A stretch of 64,000 bases of DNA from a virus. Its lineage: Duplodnaviria > Caudoviricetes. The translations under genes were made by a program, and so were the position numbers. A model generated the notes under the pieces. The model searched no databases and was not told the DNA's origin. It saw nothing but the letters and a program-made list of their open reading frames with translations. The stretch's first letter is position 1, and each line of letters starts with the position of its first letter. Of this stretch, positions 10,084 through 19,916 are shown in pieces. Where the stretch lies: positions 12,294-76,293 of the IMG/VR virus record IMGVR_UViG_3300028048_000124, one strand, 5' to 3'.

Positions 10084-11350
10084 CAGAACCAGAACTATTG
10101 TCCTCTCCTATTCTCGTTAGCGTCAACGTCGTCCTATATCCGGATGAGTCTATTTGGTCCTTTTGGGACGTGATTATGTACAACCCGGAACTGATGTGCT
10201 TCCTTCCGTAGTAATACACGTTGAGCCTTACGTTCGTCATCAGGATTGCCGGCCTCAACAACCCCTTCAATGTTATTTCCGCGCTAATTGGGTATTTTGT
10301 GGCCTTTTTCCACCAGGTTTCGTCGTCCGCGAACGTTTCCCTGTACGGATTCCCGGATGTGGCTACCGGTGCGAATACGTTTTCCAGTTCCCCATTGTCG
10401 TTTATCCTCTGGACATACTCAGCGTCGTTTATGCTGTTTTGGTATTTGTAGAACAACGAATACGTCTCGTTGTTGTTTACGGAGAACGATGTGACGATGT
10501 TCTGAGACGGATAGCCGATGTCAATCTGATATGTCTGGAAGTCGTCACCGTTTTCAATGGAAACAACCTTAAAATACGTGCCACCGTAATCGCCAGTTAC
10601 GTCATCGACGACCTGCAACACATATGCCGCACCTGTCCCATCGTCGATGCATGAAACGAGATATGATAGATACTCGAATGCCGAGGAGTCGCCCAAATCC
10701 TTCAAAACGACGGATTGCTCCTGTCCGTTGATTACCATGCACTTGAAGAACGTGTTCTTATCCGACATCCCCGGGAACACTTCGAGCAAACCGGCGGCAG
10801 GGGTCTCATATAGCAACTGATATATGACATCTGTTGGTTTTGCCCTGCCGGGATGGATTGGGGGAAGTTTGGTCGATGTCGACAGGAAACTAGAACTTAC
10901 CGCGGAAACGGTGTATGTGATTATCGAATTCATCGCGGAAAACTGGGTTTGGATGGCTGTGATTATCGCTTCCTCGTCCCTGAAAATATAGGAAGGGACA
11001 GACATATCGCCATAACTGAATTTTATATGACGTGTCTCGCTCACCGAACCGAATATCTTCTCAAAGAAATTCGGGTCATCGCCTGCGTGAATCGGGTAAT
11101 TCAATACCAAGGTGTATTGGTTTACCTTGCCGTTTACCTTCACGATGCTCAACGACGTTATGAAGTTGGGATACTTCACGCCAACGTATTTGTACTTCCT
11201 TCCATCTGAACTTATCTCTTCGGGGCTGGATTGCTGGAATACGCCGAAAACATAGTCACCGATAGTGACTTGAACAAATGGAACCTCAACCCTGCTCGCA
11301 CTTGACAGCAGGTCGAGATTCCCGCCTCTCCAAAGTTCAGAATCCGCCAT
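10070..11350 (-). CDS. baseplate hub protein (T4 gp27 / gpD-like)
   Basis: C-terminal AEITLKG...SGLYIITSQKDQI..SGYRTTLTL pattern; lies between the LysM protein and the spike. Confidence 0.7.
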   Translation of the reverse strand: MADSELWRGGNLDLLSSASRVEVPFVQVTIGDYVFGVFQQSSPEEISSDGRKYKYVGVKYPNFITSLSIVKVNGKVNQYTLVLNYPIHAGDDPNFFEKIFGSVSETRHIKFSYGDMSVPSYIFRDEEAIITAIQTQFSAMNSIITYTVSAVSSSFLSTSTKLPPIHPGRAKPTDVIYQLLYETPAAGLLEVFPGMSDKNTFFKCMVINGQEQSVVLKDLGDSSAFEYLSYLVSCIDDGTGAAYVLQVVDDVTGDYGGTYFKVVSIENGDDFQTYQIDIGYPSQNIVTSFSVNNNETYSLFYKYQNSINDAEYVQRINDNGELENVFAPVATSGNPYRETFADDETWWKKATKYPISAEITLKGLLRPAILMTNVRLNVYYYGRKHISSGLYIITSQKDQIDSSGYRTTLTLTRIGEDNSSGSVYIN

Positions 11351-11364
11351 GTGTAATCTCCTAA

Positions 11365-11694
11365 TTAATTAAACTTAAACGCGACCTGTCCAAGACTTGG
11401 AATCCTGATGGTCGTCCTGTTTGGTTTCAACAGCGGTTCAAGTGGGTCCTGAATCCTGTTGAAATCCGCTATAATCCAGAAATAGTCCGGTCTCCCGTAA
11501 TAACGCAAGGCCAACGAATCGAGCGTGTCTCCCATGATTAAGTGGTGGTCGACATATTCGACTCCGTTCACCGCCAATTGCCTTTCGAGGCCATATATGA
11601 ACTTATCGTCCTCAGTGTGATAATAATATGGGATGACGGCGTATCTCGACAATGCGTCGTAAGACCTCATCGTTTTGTCTTTTAACTTATCCAT
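11365..11694 (-). CDS. LysM-domain baseplate protein (gp53/gpX-like)
   Basis: GDTLDSLALRYYGRPDYFWIIADFNRI LysM/tail-X motif. Confidence 0.8.
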   Translation of the reverse strand: MDKLKDKTMRSYDALSRYAVIPYYYHTEDDKFIYGLERQLAVNGVEYVDHHLIMGDTLDSLALRYYGRPDYFWIIADFNRIQDPLEPLLKPNRTTIRIPSLGQVAFKFN

Positions 11695-11705
11695 GACTGA
11701 ACCTC

Positions 11706-12338
11706 CTACCTGGCGTCCTTTCCGTCGCGTGTGTTCTTGAGGATGTTGTTCGTAGACACCAATCCCCTGAACGAACCCTTAAGCCCGATTGTGGGTGCGT
11801 CATACGGGTCAACCTCGGTGACGGTGAAACTTATCGACACCTGGGCGTATTTCGATTCATGGCCGTTGACCATGATGATTGGTTTCTTATATGTCACGCC
11901 GATGGGACCGTTGACGATTCCCTTGATGAATATCTCGTCCCCGAACCTTACCGCAATCATCGGTGGCTCGACCGTCTTGGACGAATCGGCCATGTATCTC
12001 GGAACTGAAATCGATTGCAGTTTCTTAATCAGGACATCTACATAATCGTCGCCTAGGTTTCCGCCTTTGACAGCGGTTCCGGTCGCGTCGTTTATCTTCA
12101 GATTCGAATAACCGATGTTGACATCGTCCATCATGTCCCTGTGCAAATCGAGCGTGACCTGGACGGTTCTCGGACCTGAGTTGCTGTATGAGAACACGGG
12201 GGCACTTCTGCTCAACGCGTTCGCTTGCGCGAATGAGGAGGACATCGAATCCGTTATCGACTCTGGGTACGAAGGGAGGATTACGAATTCGTCCGTGTGG
12301 TAGAGATAAATATAGTTTTTGATGAAATCAAATGCCAT
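11706..12338 (-). CDS. tail tube initiator (contractile-system tube initiator-like)
   Basis: PESITDSM...LSRSAPVFSYSNSGPRTVQVTL...PPMIAVRFG...VSISFTVTEV pattern; precedes LysM. Confidence 0.65.
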   Translation of the reverse strand: MAFDFIKNYIYLYHTDEFVILPSYPESITDSMSSSFAQANALSRSAPVFSYSNSGPRTVQVTLDLHRDMMDDVNIGYSNLKINDATGTAVKGGNLGDDYVDVLIKKLQSISVPRYMADSSKTVEPPMIAVRFGDEIFIKGIVNGPIGVTYKKPIIMVNGHESKYAQVSISFTVTEVDPYDAPTIGLKGSFRGLVSTNNILKNTRDGKDAR

Positions 12339-12340
12339 AG

Positions 12341-13699
12341 TTATGCCTCCTTATAGTCGCCGATAATCTTCTCGGCATCTTTGTCGACGTAGCCAATCTG
12401 GTCGTATCTGCTTCCGCTTCTCGAATTAATCATGGAACTTCCGTTCCTGACAATCTCATAGCAGATGTTCCTCAGTTTCGTATCCCACACACCTGAATGG
12501 CCGCTTGGGTATCTCATCCCGAGTTTTCCTTCCAAATATCTTTGAAGCAACCTCTTCTGAATCCTGACCACGTCATCCCTGATTTCGTCGTCGTCCTTGA
12601 TTACGTTTCCGAATATGTATTCTATTAGCCTATCGGCAAACGGATGGCTGACATACGTATTGTAGGATAACAACTGGGGCATCGAATAGTATGTCTTCTC
12701 GAACTTCGCCCCGTCTGGCGTTTCGTAATTGTTAAGTTCCAACGTGGGGACCCTGAATGACAATCCCTTGTCGTTCAAGCACATCCGCCCGTCCACCTTG
12801 TGTTCGACGTCCGGGAAATTCAATTCGCCGAATTCGGAGAAGTCACCCTCCAACACGGTTATCGAAGACCTCAATGTGGTGGGGACCTTAATGAACAACT
12901 TAAGTACGTGTTCGTGCTGATATAGCGTTTTGGTCAAACTTCCGGAGAACGAGAAATCCTTCAACTTACTGTAAAGAACCGGTCTCGACATCCTCGTGTT
13001 CGACTCCCTAATATACGTTTTAGTGTAGACGTTTTCCTCTTCTTTTCCAGGAAGTGAGACTATCTTTCCGTTATCGTAGAACCCCGCCACAATCTCAACC
13101 GTTCCGCTGCAGTCGATTCCTATCGTGTAATCCTCGAAGAATCTGACCGGGACGGCATAGATGACGGATTCGCTTGAGTTTATCATCTCGATGTCTTTTG
13201 TTGTGATTTCTTGTGTTGTGCTGTCTTTTGTGCTGACCTTGAATTTCAACGCCATGGACTTGACCATCTCGTCGCAGTAGCAATTGTACATGGACATCAA
13301 ATCTATTCCGACGTAATCCTTGTAGAACCTCAGATATTCACCAAGGTATTTATGTGTATATGAATCGTAGTATAGGCCGTTTATGATTAAATTTTTGGTG
13401 ATGTTCAAGAGGTCTTCGCCGTATTTGTAGGAACATACGAACTCGAATGCCCTCTTCTCAACCGTCTTGATGACGCCGTCGACTTCCTCCTGCACCGTAT
13501 ACGTCGTGTCAATGTCATCCAATACCGTGCCGTCGGTGACAATGTTTGAAACCCTGTATATTCCGCTTCCGTAAACGTAAAGGCATCCCGAAAACACGGG
13601 AAGTTCTGGTCTCCACACCCTGCATTTGGGGAGATTGAATTCCTTGAGGAACTGTTTTATCTCACCGGTTATGATGTTATTGTTATTGAAATTCAACAT
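12341..13699 (-). CDS. hypothetical tail/baseplate protein
   Basis: 452-aa ORF with RBS, directly after the tape measure gene; no clear family recognised. Confidence 0.5.
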   Translation of the reverse strand: MLNFNNNNIITGEIKQFLKEFNLPKCRVWRPELPVFSGCLYVYGSGIYRVSNIVTDGTVLDDIDTTYTVQEEVDGVIKTVEKRAFEFVCSYKYGEDLLNITKNLIINGLYYDSYTHKYLGEYLRFYKDYVGIDLMSMYNCYCDEMVKSMALKFKVSTKDSTTQEITTKDIEMINSSESVIYAVPVRFFEDYTIGIDCSGTVEIVAGFYDNGKIVSLPGKEEENVYTKTYIRESNTRMSRPVLYSKLKDFSFSGSLTKTLYQHEHVLKLFIKVPTTLRSSITVLEGDFSEFGELNFPDVEHKVDGRMCLNDKGLSFRVPTLELNNYETPDGAKFEKTYYSMPQLLSYNTYVSHPFADRLIEYIFGNVIKDDDEIRDDVVRIQKRLLQRYLEGKLGMRYPSGHSGVWDTKLRNICYEIVRNGSSMINSRSGSRYDQIGYVDKDAEKIIGDYKEA

Positions 13700-13713
13700 T
13701 TACGGTTCCCTCC

Positions 13714-16023
13714 TTATGCGGTCAATCCACCGGGCAATACCCCAGTGCCATATCCAAGCAACGCCGATAGGTTCTCTATGTTCACCCTGATTGTCCCATC
13801 CGACAATATCCTCTTAATCGCATTGACGGAATCTGAAATCTCATCCAATTTCTTTTGGGTATATGGACGCTCCACGGCCTGTGACACTGCGATGGCCGTT
13901 CCGTACTCGAACTTATCGAGCAACGCTGTGTTGTCCTCTCCCCAGGTCGTAGAACGGACGTTATATCCGGCGAGTGCGCCGACCATCTGAACGATTGAGT
14001 TCATCTTCGGGTCAAACAGGTCAACCAAGTAATTATAGATATCGGTTGCGTATTTCTCGTTCGATTCCTGTCTCTTTTGCTCCGCCGTTATCGCCGCGTC
14101 GTCCTGTGCCCCGGAAAGTGCCTGTTCGGCAATCTCGCCGCTGGCACTCTGTCCGCTATACGAACTCTGCGAGGTTCCCAACGCGGAACTCAATTTCCTT
14201 ACAAGAGGCCTTCCGGTTTTCCTGTTTAGTTGGTTTCTGTATTCGGCGAAACCGCTTCCACGGCCTGTCGTGGTCAATGTCCTAAGTGCGTTTGCCCCAC
14301 CGAAGTTCTGGTTCATCAATCCACCCATGTTGGTGGCGTTTCCAAGGCCGGTGAAGAAATCGCCGATTTTACCCAATGTGGAGACGCCGACGATACCGGT
14401 CTTGATTAAGTTTTCGACCGTTGTCTCCAAGTCGACCATGTTACCCATGATGGAGATTGCCGGAATCGCGATGCCGCCGGTGACGTTTTGAATCAAATCG
14501 GTTATCTGCCAGATTGCGTTAAGTCCGGCATTCGTTGCGATTCCCTGACCGATGCCGTATTTGATGTTGGTCATCATGTTGTTGAACTTCTCGGCAAGCG
14601 ACGTTCTGCTGTCGATTTGCCCCAACTGATACTCCAACTCGCCTATTGCGTCGTTGAACCCCATAATGCTCTTACTCAATTCCGTGATGTCGTCAGCACC
14701 GAGGTTGATTGATGCCCTCAAATCGGACATCGTCATGCCGAACACTGATGCGTATTGGCTTCTTACTACGTTGTTGTCGCTTGATGCGATTTCCTGCAAA
14801 TACCCAACCAACGACGCCATTAATCTGTTTACGTCGTTCGCCGCCATTCCACCCTGTGCCAATCCGGCATAGTCAAGACCTGCCCTGGATGCGGCCATGA
14901 CCAAAAGGTTTTGCATCTCCGAGCCGACCTCCGTGATATTGCCGCTTGCCAACTGGCCCAAGGCCCCGGCGATTGACGAAATGGCATTGGACGACATACC
15001 GACGCTTGATAAGGCACCCAACCACTTTTGGACCTGATATTCAAATCCTATTGATGACTGTGCATCCATGGTCGCTGTGGCTTCCATCAACGCCTCGGTG
15101 ACGGAATCGAATTCGTTGCTTAGATATTCCGTATTCTGGAACTGTTCGTTCAAATACCTGGTTAGATATGCCTCCATACCCAAACGTGCGGCTGAGGAGT
15201 CGGCCTGTTGCAATCTGACTATCCTCAGCAAAGATGAGTTTGCGACCTCAAACGTCGTGGCAATCTTATCGCTGATTGTGTCCAAGAAAGCCCTTTGCTC
15301 GACGTTGAACGCGATGCCTTCGGCAACCAAGTCGTTCAAACTATCCAACATCTCAGACGTCTTGAAGTACGGTGACATCCCAAGTGTTCCGGTAAGTTTC
15401 TTCTCAATCGCTGAGAAGGTCTTTTGTGAGCCCTGCAACCTAGTGTCGATTGCAGCCTGATATTCAGAGTATGCCGAAATGACGGCATTGATTTCCCCGC
15501 TTAACGCGTCGCCTAAATTCGCAAGACCCTTCGTGATGCTCTTCTTGGTGTCTTCTAGGCTACCCTTGAGAGTATCGAGGTTCTCCTTGAGGTCTGCCTT
15601 AATCGTATCCTTGATTTGCTGTCCTTTTGATTTATCGGTTCCATCCTCGTTGATGGATGCCCTCAACTTGGCAATCTCAAGTTCCCTATCAAGTTGCTTA
15701 TCCTGCTTCTCACGCTCTTTTTGGGCTTGTTTGCCATACTCCTTGAAATATTCTATGACAGCCTTCTTGGCCGCTATGGCATCATCCCTATCCTGTTTCT
15801 GCTTATAGTCCCTTAGGAACTTTGCCCTAAACGCCTCAGTGACCTTGATATTGTTTTGTTGCAAACCCAAAACAAAGGCAGCGAGTGCTTCCTCCTGCTT
15901 CTCTCGTTCTTCCTTTTCCTTCTGACGCCTTTTCTTATCGTTTTTGATGCCAACCTGAAGAAGCATATCCTCAACGGTTACAGCATCGTCGATTGTCTCG
16001 GGTCTGCCACTTTTTCTTGCCAT
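13714..16023 (-). CDS. tape measure protein
   Basis: 769 aa, Ala/Leu/Gln-rich and helical with an N-terminal coiled coil; canonical position after the tail chaperones. Confidence 0.75.
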   Translation of the reverse strand: MARKSGRPETIDDAVTVEDMLLQVGIKNDKKRRQKEKEEREKQEEALAAFVLGLQQNNIKVTEAFRAKFLRDYKQKQDRDDAIAAKKAVIEYFKEYGKQAQKEREKQDKQLDRELEIAKLRASINEDGTDKSKGQQIKDTIKADLKENLDTLKGSLEDTKKSITKGLANLGDALSGEINAVISAYSEYQAAIDTRLQGSQKTFSAIEKKLTGTLGMSPYFKTSEMLDSLNDLVAEGIAFNVEQRAFLDTISDKIATTFEVANSSLLRIVRLQQADSSAARLGMEAYLTRYLNEQFQNTEYLSNEFDSVTEALMEATATMDAQSSIGFEYQVQKWLGALSSVGMSSNAISSIAGALGQLASGNITEVGSEMQNLLVMAASRAGLDYAGLAQGGMAANDVNRLMASLVGYLQEIASSDNNVVRSQYASVFGMTMSDLRASINLGADDITELSKSIMGFNDAIGELEYQLGQIDSRTSLAEKFNNMMTNIKYGIGQGIATNAGLNAIWQITDLIQNVTGGIAIPAISIMGNMVDLETTVENLIKTGIVGVSTLGKIGDFFTGLGNATNMGGLMNQNFGGANALRTLTTTGRGSGFAEYRNQLNRKTGRPLVRKLSSALGTSQSSYSGQSASGEIAEQALSGAQDDAAITAEQKRQESNEKYATDIYNYLVDLFDPKMNSIVQMVGALAGYNVRSTTWGEDNTALLDKFEYGTAIAVSQAVERPYTQKKLDEISDSVNAIKRILSDGTIRVNIENLSALLGYGTGVLPGGLTA

Positions 16024-16034
16024 AGACTATCTCC

Positions 16035-16262
16035 TTAATTCCCTGCCTTCGCAGATGCTCTTGCCCTTTCGATTTGCTCTTGTTGTCTCTGGTACTCCGC
16101 TTGCAGGAAGTCCAGGTAATACTCCCTTTCGACCGGCGTCATACCCATCACATCGGAATATGTGACACCGGCGTTTTTCGTGAGTGTGTAACACTCGTTT
16201 ACGATTTGTTTATACCTAATCGGCCCGTATGGTTTCCCATCGCTAGTCAATTGAGGGTCCAA
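16035..16262 (-). CDS. tail/hub assembly chaperone, C-terminal part (T4 gp51-like); probable frameshift extension
   Basis: MTPVEREYYLDFL motif typical of the short post-chaperone ORF; overlaps the upstream ORF at TTTTTTG and has no good ATG/RBS of its own. Confidence 0.6.
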   Translation of the reverse strand: MDPQLTSDGKPYGPIRYKQIVNECYTLTKNAGVTYSDVMGMTPVEREYYLDFLQAEYQRQQEQIERARASAKAGN

Positions 16263-17007
16263 AAAATTCAGGTGTGAAGCGAAACGTGGTGACCACATTG
16301 TAACCACATGAGCCACACTTTGCCACAACAGAAGTGTCTAGGCCTACCTTTCCGTTTAACTTTCTGGCAGTCTGTAAGAGCACGTTGGCGTCCCTCATCG
16401 GGAGTTTTCTTACAAAGGTCTCCAATGCCGCGGCATTTGGAATCTCGCCGTCAACCCTATAAATCAATGATTCGAGGGTTACCATCAAACCGGGGTCATA
16501 GGTTAAGTCAGGTGATTTCCTCTTGATTTCCTTTACCCTAGCCTCGTTCTGGTCGAGAATCCTTGGGGTTTGAATCCTGAGTTCGATTTCCTTGCCGGTC
16601 TGAGGCAACTTGACCTTCCTCAACTTATTGATTTCCTCTTCGTTATATTCAAGGACCGTGAGGTCATCCAAGTTGATGTTGACCACAGTCGACTCACCGC
16701 AATTGGGGCAACTGATGACCATCTTGTAATCGGGTCCGTATGTGACGACCCTCAACTTATGCAATAGGAATTGATAGTCGCCGACGCATAGGTCATAGAC
16801 ATGCATTCCAATAGGAGTCGTCAAGCATGACTCAATCAAATCGCTCATCACCTTATAAGGTGTGTCCGTTTGGGAGAGCCTCTTCATCTCCTCAATCGTC
16901 GTCATCGAACGAATCGTCACGTGCGGGTCTATTGGCGTATCGTAAATCTTTCCCTGCGATGGCAAGATGTATGATTCCGATATAGTATAATTACTAGCAT
17001 TACTCAT
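16243..17007 (-). CDS. baseplate hub/tail assembly chaperone (T4 gp26-like)
   Basis: LPSQG.IY, CPNC and CGSC Zn pairs, ends FRFTPEFFGP; start probably MSNAS at 17007 (AAGGAAG upstream) or 17031. Confidence 0.7.
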   Translation of the reverse strand: MSNASNYTISESYILPSQGKIYDTPIDPHVTIRSMTTIEEMKRLSQTDTPYKVMSDLIESCLTTPIGMHVYDLCVGDYQFLLHKLRVVTYGPDYKMVISCPNCGESTVVNINLDDLTVLEYNEEEINKLRKVKLPQTGKEIELRIQTPRILDQNEARVKEIKRKSPDLTYDPGLMVTLESLIYRVDGEIPNAAALETFVRKLPMRDANVLLQTARKLNGKVGLDTSVVAKCGSCGYNVVTTFRFTPEFFGPSID

Positions 17008-17023
17008 TGTCTTTTGCTTCCTT

Positions 17024-17245
17024 TCATTCATTATCCATATCATTTAATTTAGCAACGATATTGGTGCTCTCATTTGATTGTGGTGAGAGTAGCCACGAAT
17101 TCAAGACAACCCTAATCAGCGTCGAAATCGTCATGCACTCGCGGTCTGCCACCTTCTTCAGGTTGGCATACATCTCCATCGGCAATTGGACTCCGACAAT
17201 CTTCTTCTCCGCCGGTTTCGTCGTTTCCTGTATGTGTAGTTCCAT
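17024..17245 (-). CDS. ribbon-helix-helix (CopG/Arc-like) DNA-binding protein
   Basis: KKIVGVQLPMEMYANLKKVADRECMTISTLIRVVL fits the RHH pattern; RBS AAGGAA upstream. Confidence 0.7.
   Translation of the reverse strand: MELHIQETTKPAEKKIVGVQLPMEMYANLKKVADRECMTISTLIRVVLNSWLLSPQSNESTNIVAKLNDMDNE
17040..17054 (-). promoter_or_regulatory. phage late promoter motif
   Basis: Exact TGCTAAATTAAATGA inside the 3' end of the RHH gene, upstream of the chaperone-tape measure-baseplate operon. Confidence 0.75.
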
Positions 17246-17267
17246 AGTAGTAAGGTTCCTTTCCTGT

Positions 17268-17282
17268 ACAACTAATTTAGCA
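17268..17282 (-). promoter_or_regulatory. variant late promoter (TGCTAAATTAGTTGT)
   Basis: First 10 nt match the consensus; upstream of the RHH gene. Confidence 0.5.
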
Positions 17283-17320
17283 CCGATATTTTTTAAAAAA
17301 TTTTAAAAAATTTAAAAACA

Positions 17321-17348
17321 AAATAAAAGAGCAGCGATTAAACTGCTC
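17321..17348 (-). terminator. intrinsic terminator after the tail tube gene
   Basis: GAGCAG-N8-CTGCTC stem followed by a T-rich run on the minus strand. Confidence 0.65.
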
Positions 17349-17370
17349 AAATTATTCATTGTTTTGGGAT

Positions 17371-18015
17371 TTATTCAGCGGGTTTGATTTCATCGCCGAT
17401 GACAGGGAATGCCTTGTCGTATCTGATTGTCGCGGTGATGGTTCTCTTGCTGTTGTCTTCCATTGAGTACTCAGGTTCCGAGATGCCTTTTACCCAACAT
17501 CCCTTCAATTCCCAGGTACGGACCAATTCGTAGTCCGGGGTGTATTCCATCAAGAGGCAATCCCTCTTGTAGTCTTTCATACGACCGACCTTCTCGGTTC
17601 TTGCGTCGTATGATAGTTTCTGCCAAGCCAATAAGACCGATTTGGATTGTGCGCCGATGAAGTCGTTGACTTCCAACGTCCCATCGCCAAACGTGGGAAC
17701 GCCTGCGGCGTACATCTTATCGTTGCCCCTGGTCACGACGATTTCCTCTTGCGTGAAGTGGGGAACGCTTGCCTTGACGACCGACAACCTGATTGATTCC
17801 TTGGCATCTTCCAACTCAATCTTGTCTTCCGGTTGCGCGTTTGTTCTGTCCCTGGTGATACCTGCCCTTAAAAGTGGGTCGTTTTCCCTGGGTTTCTTAG
17901 TAACGGGGTCAACTCCGTCGAATTGAATAACGAATTCGAAGTTATTAGAACGAGCGACCTCGAACTTCTCAGGGTTATCAGCCAAGTGATATGTACCGAT
18001 TTTTTCTGCTGCCAT
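17371..18015 (-). CDS. gp19: tail tube protein (T4 gp19-like)
   Basis: RSNNFEFVI, SVPHFTQEEI, W.L.GCW...I...EYS, ITATIRYD motifs; follows the sheath gene. Confidence 0.85.
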   Translation of the reverse strand: MAAEKIGTYHLADNPEKFEVARSNNFEFVIQFDGVDPVTKKPRENDPLLRAGITRDRTNAQPEDKIELEDAKESIRLSVVKASVPHFTQEEIVVTRGNDKMYAAGVPTFGDGTLEVNDFIGAQSKSVLLAWQKLSYDARTEKVGRMKDYKRDCLLMEYTPDYELVRTWELKGCWVKGISEPEYSMEDNSKRTITATIRYDKAFPVIGDEIKPAE

Positions 18016-18036
18016 AGTTATAATTTCTCCTTATCA

Positions 18037-19176
18037 TTATTCACTGACGGATGCTCTGTTGTCGTTGTCGAGAACGATTGTCAACTCGAAGTCTTCGACT
18101 GCCTCGATAGGAGTGATGACTACCCTTGCCTTCAACCTTGCCTTAGCGTCAGTCGCTTCCTTGACGATGTTATAGGAAGTGATGCCCTGTCCGGACAACA
18201 TCGAATCGAGCATAGGGGTCAATAGACCCTTAAACGTTGCCCAAAGAATATCCGAGTTTTGTTCGAATGTCAATTTTCTTGATGCCGAGTATAATGTCTT
18301 GCTGATTTCGCAAACGAGGTTCCTGACGTTCAAGAACGATGTAGCCTTCGTGGCACCGTCATTCTTCTTCAAGGTTCTGTTTCCGTAAATCATATAACCA
18401 TAAGGTCTGACATAGCAAATCGGGTTGACCGCGACGCCGATGTTATCACCTTCGCCATCCAATTCCTCAGCCCTGCATTGCAGGATATCCTGAGCGGCCG
18501 TTCCGTATTCGACCAAAGGTGCGGTCAAATTGGGAACGGTGCCCCTCAAAGCACCGGCAGTTGCGAACCAGACAGGATTGGAGACGATTGAAGCGGCATA
18601 TGCACTCAAGAACGCGAATGAACCGGGAAGTTCATTTGTAGCGGAATCGCCATCGATTGATAACTTTGTGAATTTGCACCAAGGGGCGAACATTGCGCCG
18701 AACTCACCGTTGCCGAGGTTTTGGACCAAGTTATGGACAAGCGTTGCGTTCACGGTTGCCTTCGGGGCATCCAACAATGCGAAGCAATCTCCCCTTGCAG
18801 CAGCACATGAAAGCATGTCCTGATAGATTTCGCTCTTTCCGGCGAAGTCCCCAGCCGTGATGAATCTGATGTCATATAATGACTTATCGCGCAATCCTTC
18901 CCTTCCGAAATCGATGCTTGATTCTGCCTCGACAGCATCAACTAAAACCCTCATGCCCAAAGCGAGAAGCCTGTAGGCCATGCTCCAGCCAATACCGGTA
19001 TTCGTTTCCCCGCAGCCATCTGTGACGCTCATGAAGTCGTCGATTGTCGTGAACAAAGTGGGCTTCGTGATTTTGATGCTTGCAGCCTTCTTCAAAGGAA
19101 TGTATACGGTATTGTCTACACCAGGTAATACGGAAGAGCCAGTATTGTCTAATTCTTTGATTTTAATTTTTGGCAT
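18037..19176 (-). CDS. gp18: tail sheath protein (compact, 379 aa)
   Basis: ARGDCFALLD, PVWFATAGALRG, VNPI, IYGNRTL, FLNVRNL, FEQNS..LW sheath motifs. Confidence 0.9.
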   Translation of the reverse strand: MPKIKIKELDNTGSSVLPGVDNTVYIPLKKAASIKITKPTLFTTIDDFMSVTDGCGETNTGIGWSMAYRLLALGMRVLVDAVEAESSIDFGREGLRDKSLYDIRFITAGDFAGKSEIYQDMLSCAAARGDCFALLDAPKATVNATLVHNLVQNLGNGEFGAMFAPWCKFTKLSIDGDSATNELPGSFAFLSAYAASIVSNPVWFATAGALRGTVPNLTAPLVEYGTAAQDILQCRAEELDGEGDNIGVAVNPICYVRPYGYMIYGNRTLKKNDGATKATSFLNVRNLVCEISKTLYSASRKLTFEQNSDILWATFKGLLTPMLDSMLSGQGITSYNIVKEATDAKARLKARVVITPIEAVEDFELTIVLDNDNRASVSE

Positions 19177-19214
19177 ATATTCTCTTTCTCCTTAATCTGA
19201 TTGAATTCTGCTGT

Positions 19215-19253
19215 TCATTTAATTTAGCACAAACATTATCATTTAATTTAGCG
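19215..19253 (-). promoter_or_regulatory. tandem late promoter pair upstream of the sheath gene
   Basis: Exact copy at 19215-19229 and a 1-mismatch copy at 19239-19253. Confidence 0.75.
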
Positions 19254-19259
19254 ATAATT

Positions 19260-19916
19260 TTACCTCTTGTTTCCATTGTCAAGGGGTATCTCGTGAACCT
19301 CGTCCTCCGTCGAAGGCGTGCCATCCGTGTGGACTCTTACCTCCGCGGCGACGACTTTCTTGACGTCCTTGATTGGGATATTGAACAAGTAGCAGTCATC
19401 AATGTAAAGTTTTATTGTGAATCTGGTGAACTGACCAGAGAACAATCTTTGCGGGATGTCGCTCGTATCGGAGATGGTTTCCTCCATCCTGACGTTTGCG
19501 ACGTGTTCCTCGTCTACTCCGTTGTATTTCAGATGGACGGTCATCTTCGGGTAGTTTATGATGTTGAAGATGAAGTTCCTCAAATACTCATCGGCCTCCC
19601 AGAACTCCTTCGTATAGATGTCAAGTTGGTATCTTACGTTGATTGGAATTGCCGTAACTGCCGTCGTTTTGTTTTGGTTCGCGGCAATCCTTCCGCCGCT
19701 GAAGGACAGTGCCCTTTTGTTTGTCTGAAGGATATCTATATCGCTGTCCCTGCTTAACGCGATAAGAGGTAAGGTAATGGGTTTATCGTCTGTCTTGTCC
19801 GCGACGACTTGGAATAATCTGGCTGTTTCGTTCGGTTTCAGGATTGTCATGTTCTCATCCTTAACCCAACCTTTTATCTTTTCAAACAATGCGTCATCGA
19901 TGTGTCTTACTCCCAT
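19260..19916 (-). CDS. tail completion/terminator protein (T4 gp15-like)
   Basis: LPLIALSR...IPINVRYQLDIYT pattern; position before the sheath gene. Confidence 0.55.
   Translation of the reverse strand: MGVRHIDDALFEKIKGWVKDENMTILKPNETARLFQVVADKTDDKPITLPLIALSRDSDIDILQTNKRALSFSGGRIAANQNKTTAVTAIPINVRYQLDIYTKEFWEADEYLRNFIFNIINYPKMTVHLKYNGVDEEHVANVRMEETISDTSDIPQRLFSGQFTRFTIKLYIDDCYLFNIPIKDVKKVVAAEVRVHTDGTPSTEDEVHEIPLDNGNKR

Noticed and set aside
4571-19176. Bacterial contractile injection system or tailocin
   Set aside because: Terminase, portal, prohead protease and major capsid genes are co-encoded, so this is a complete phage morphogenesis region.
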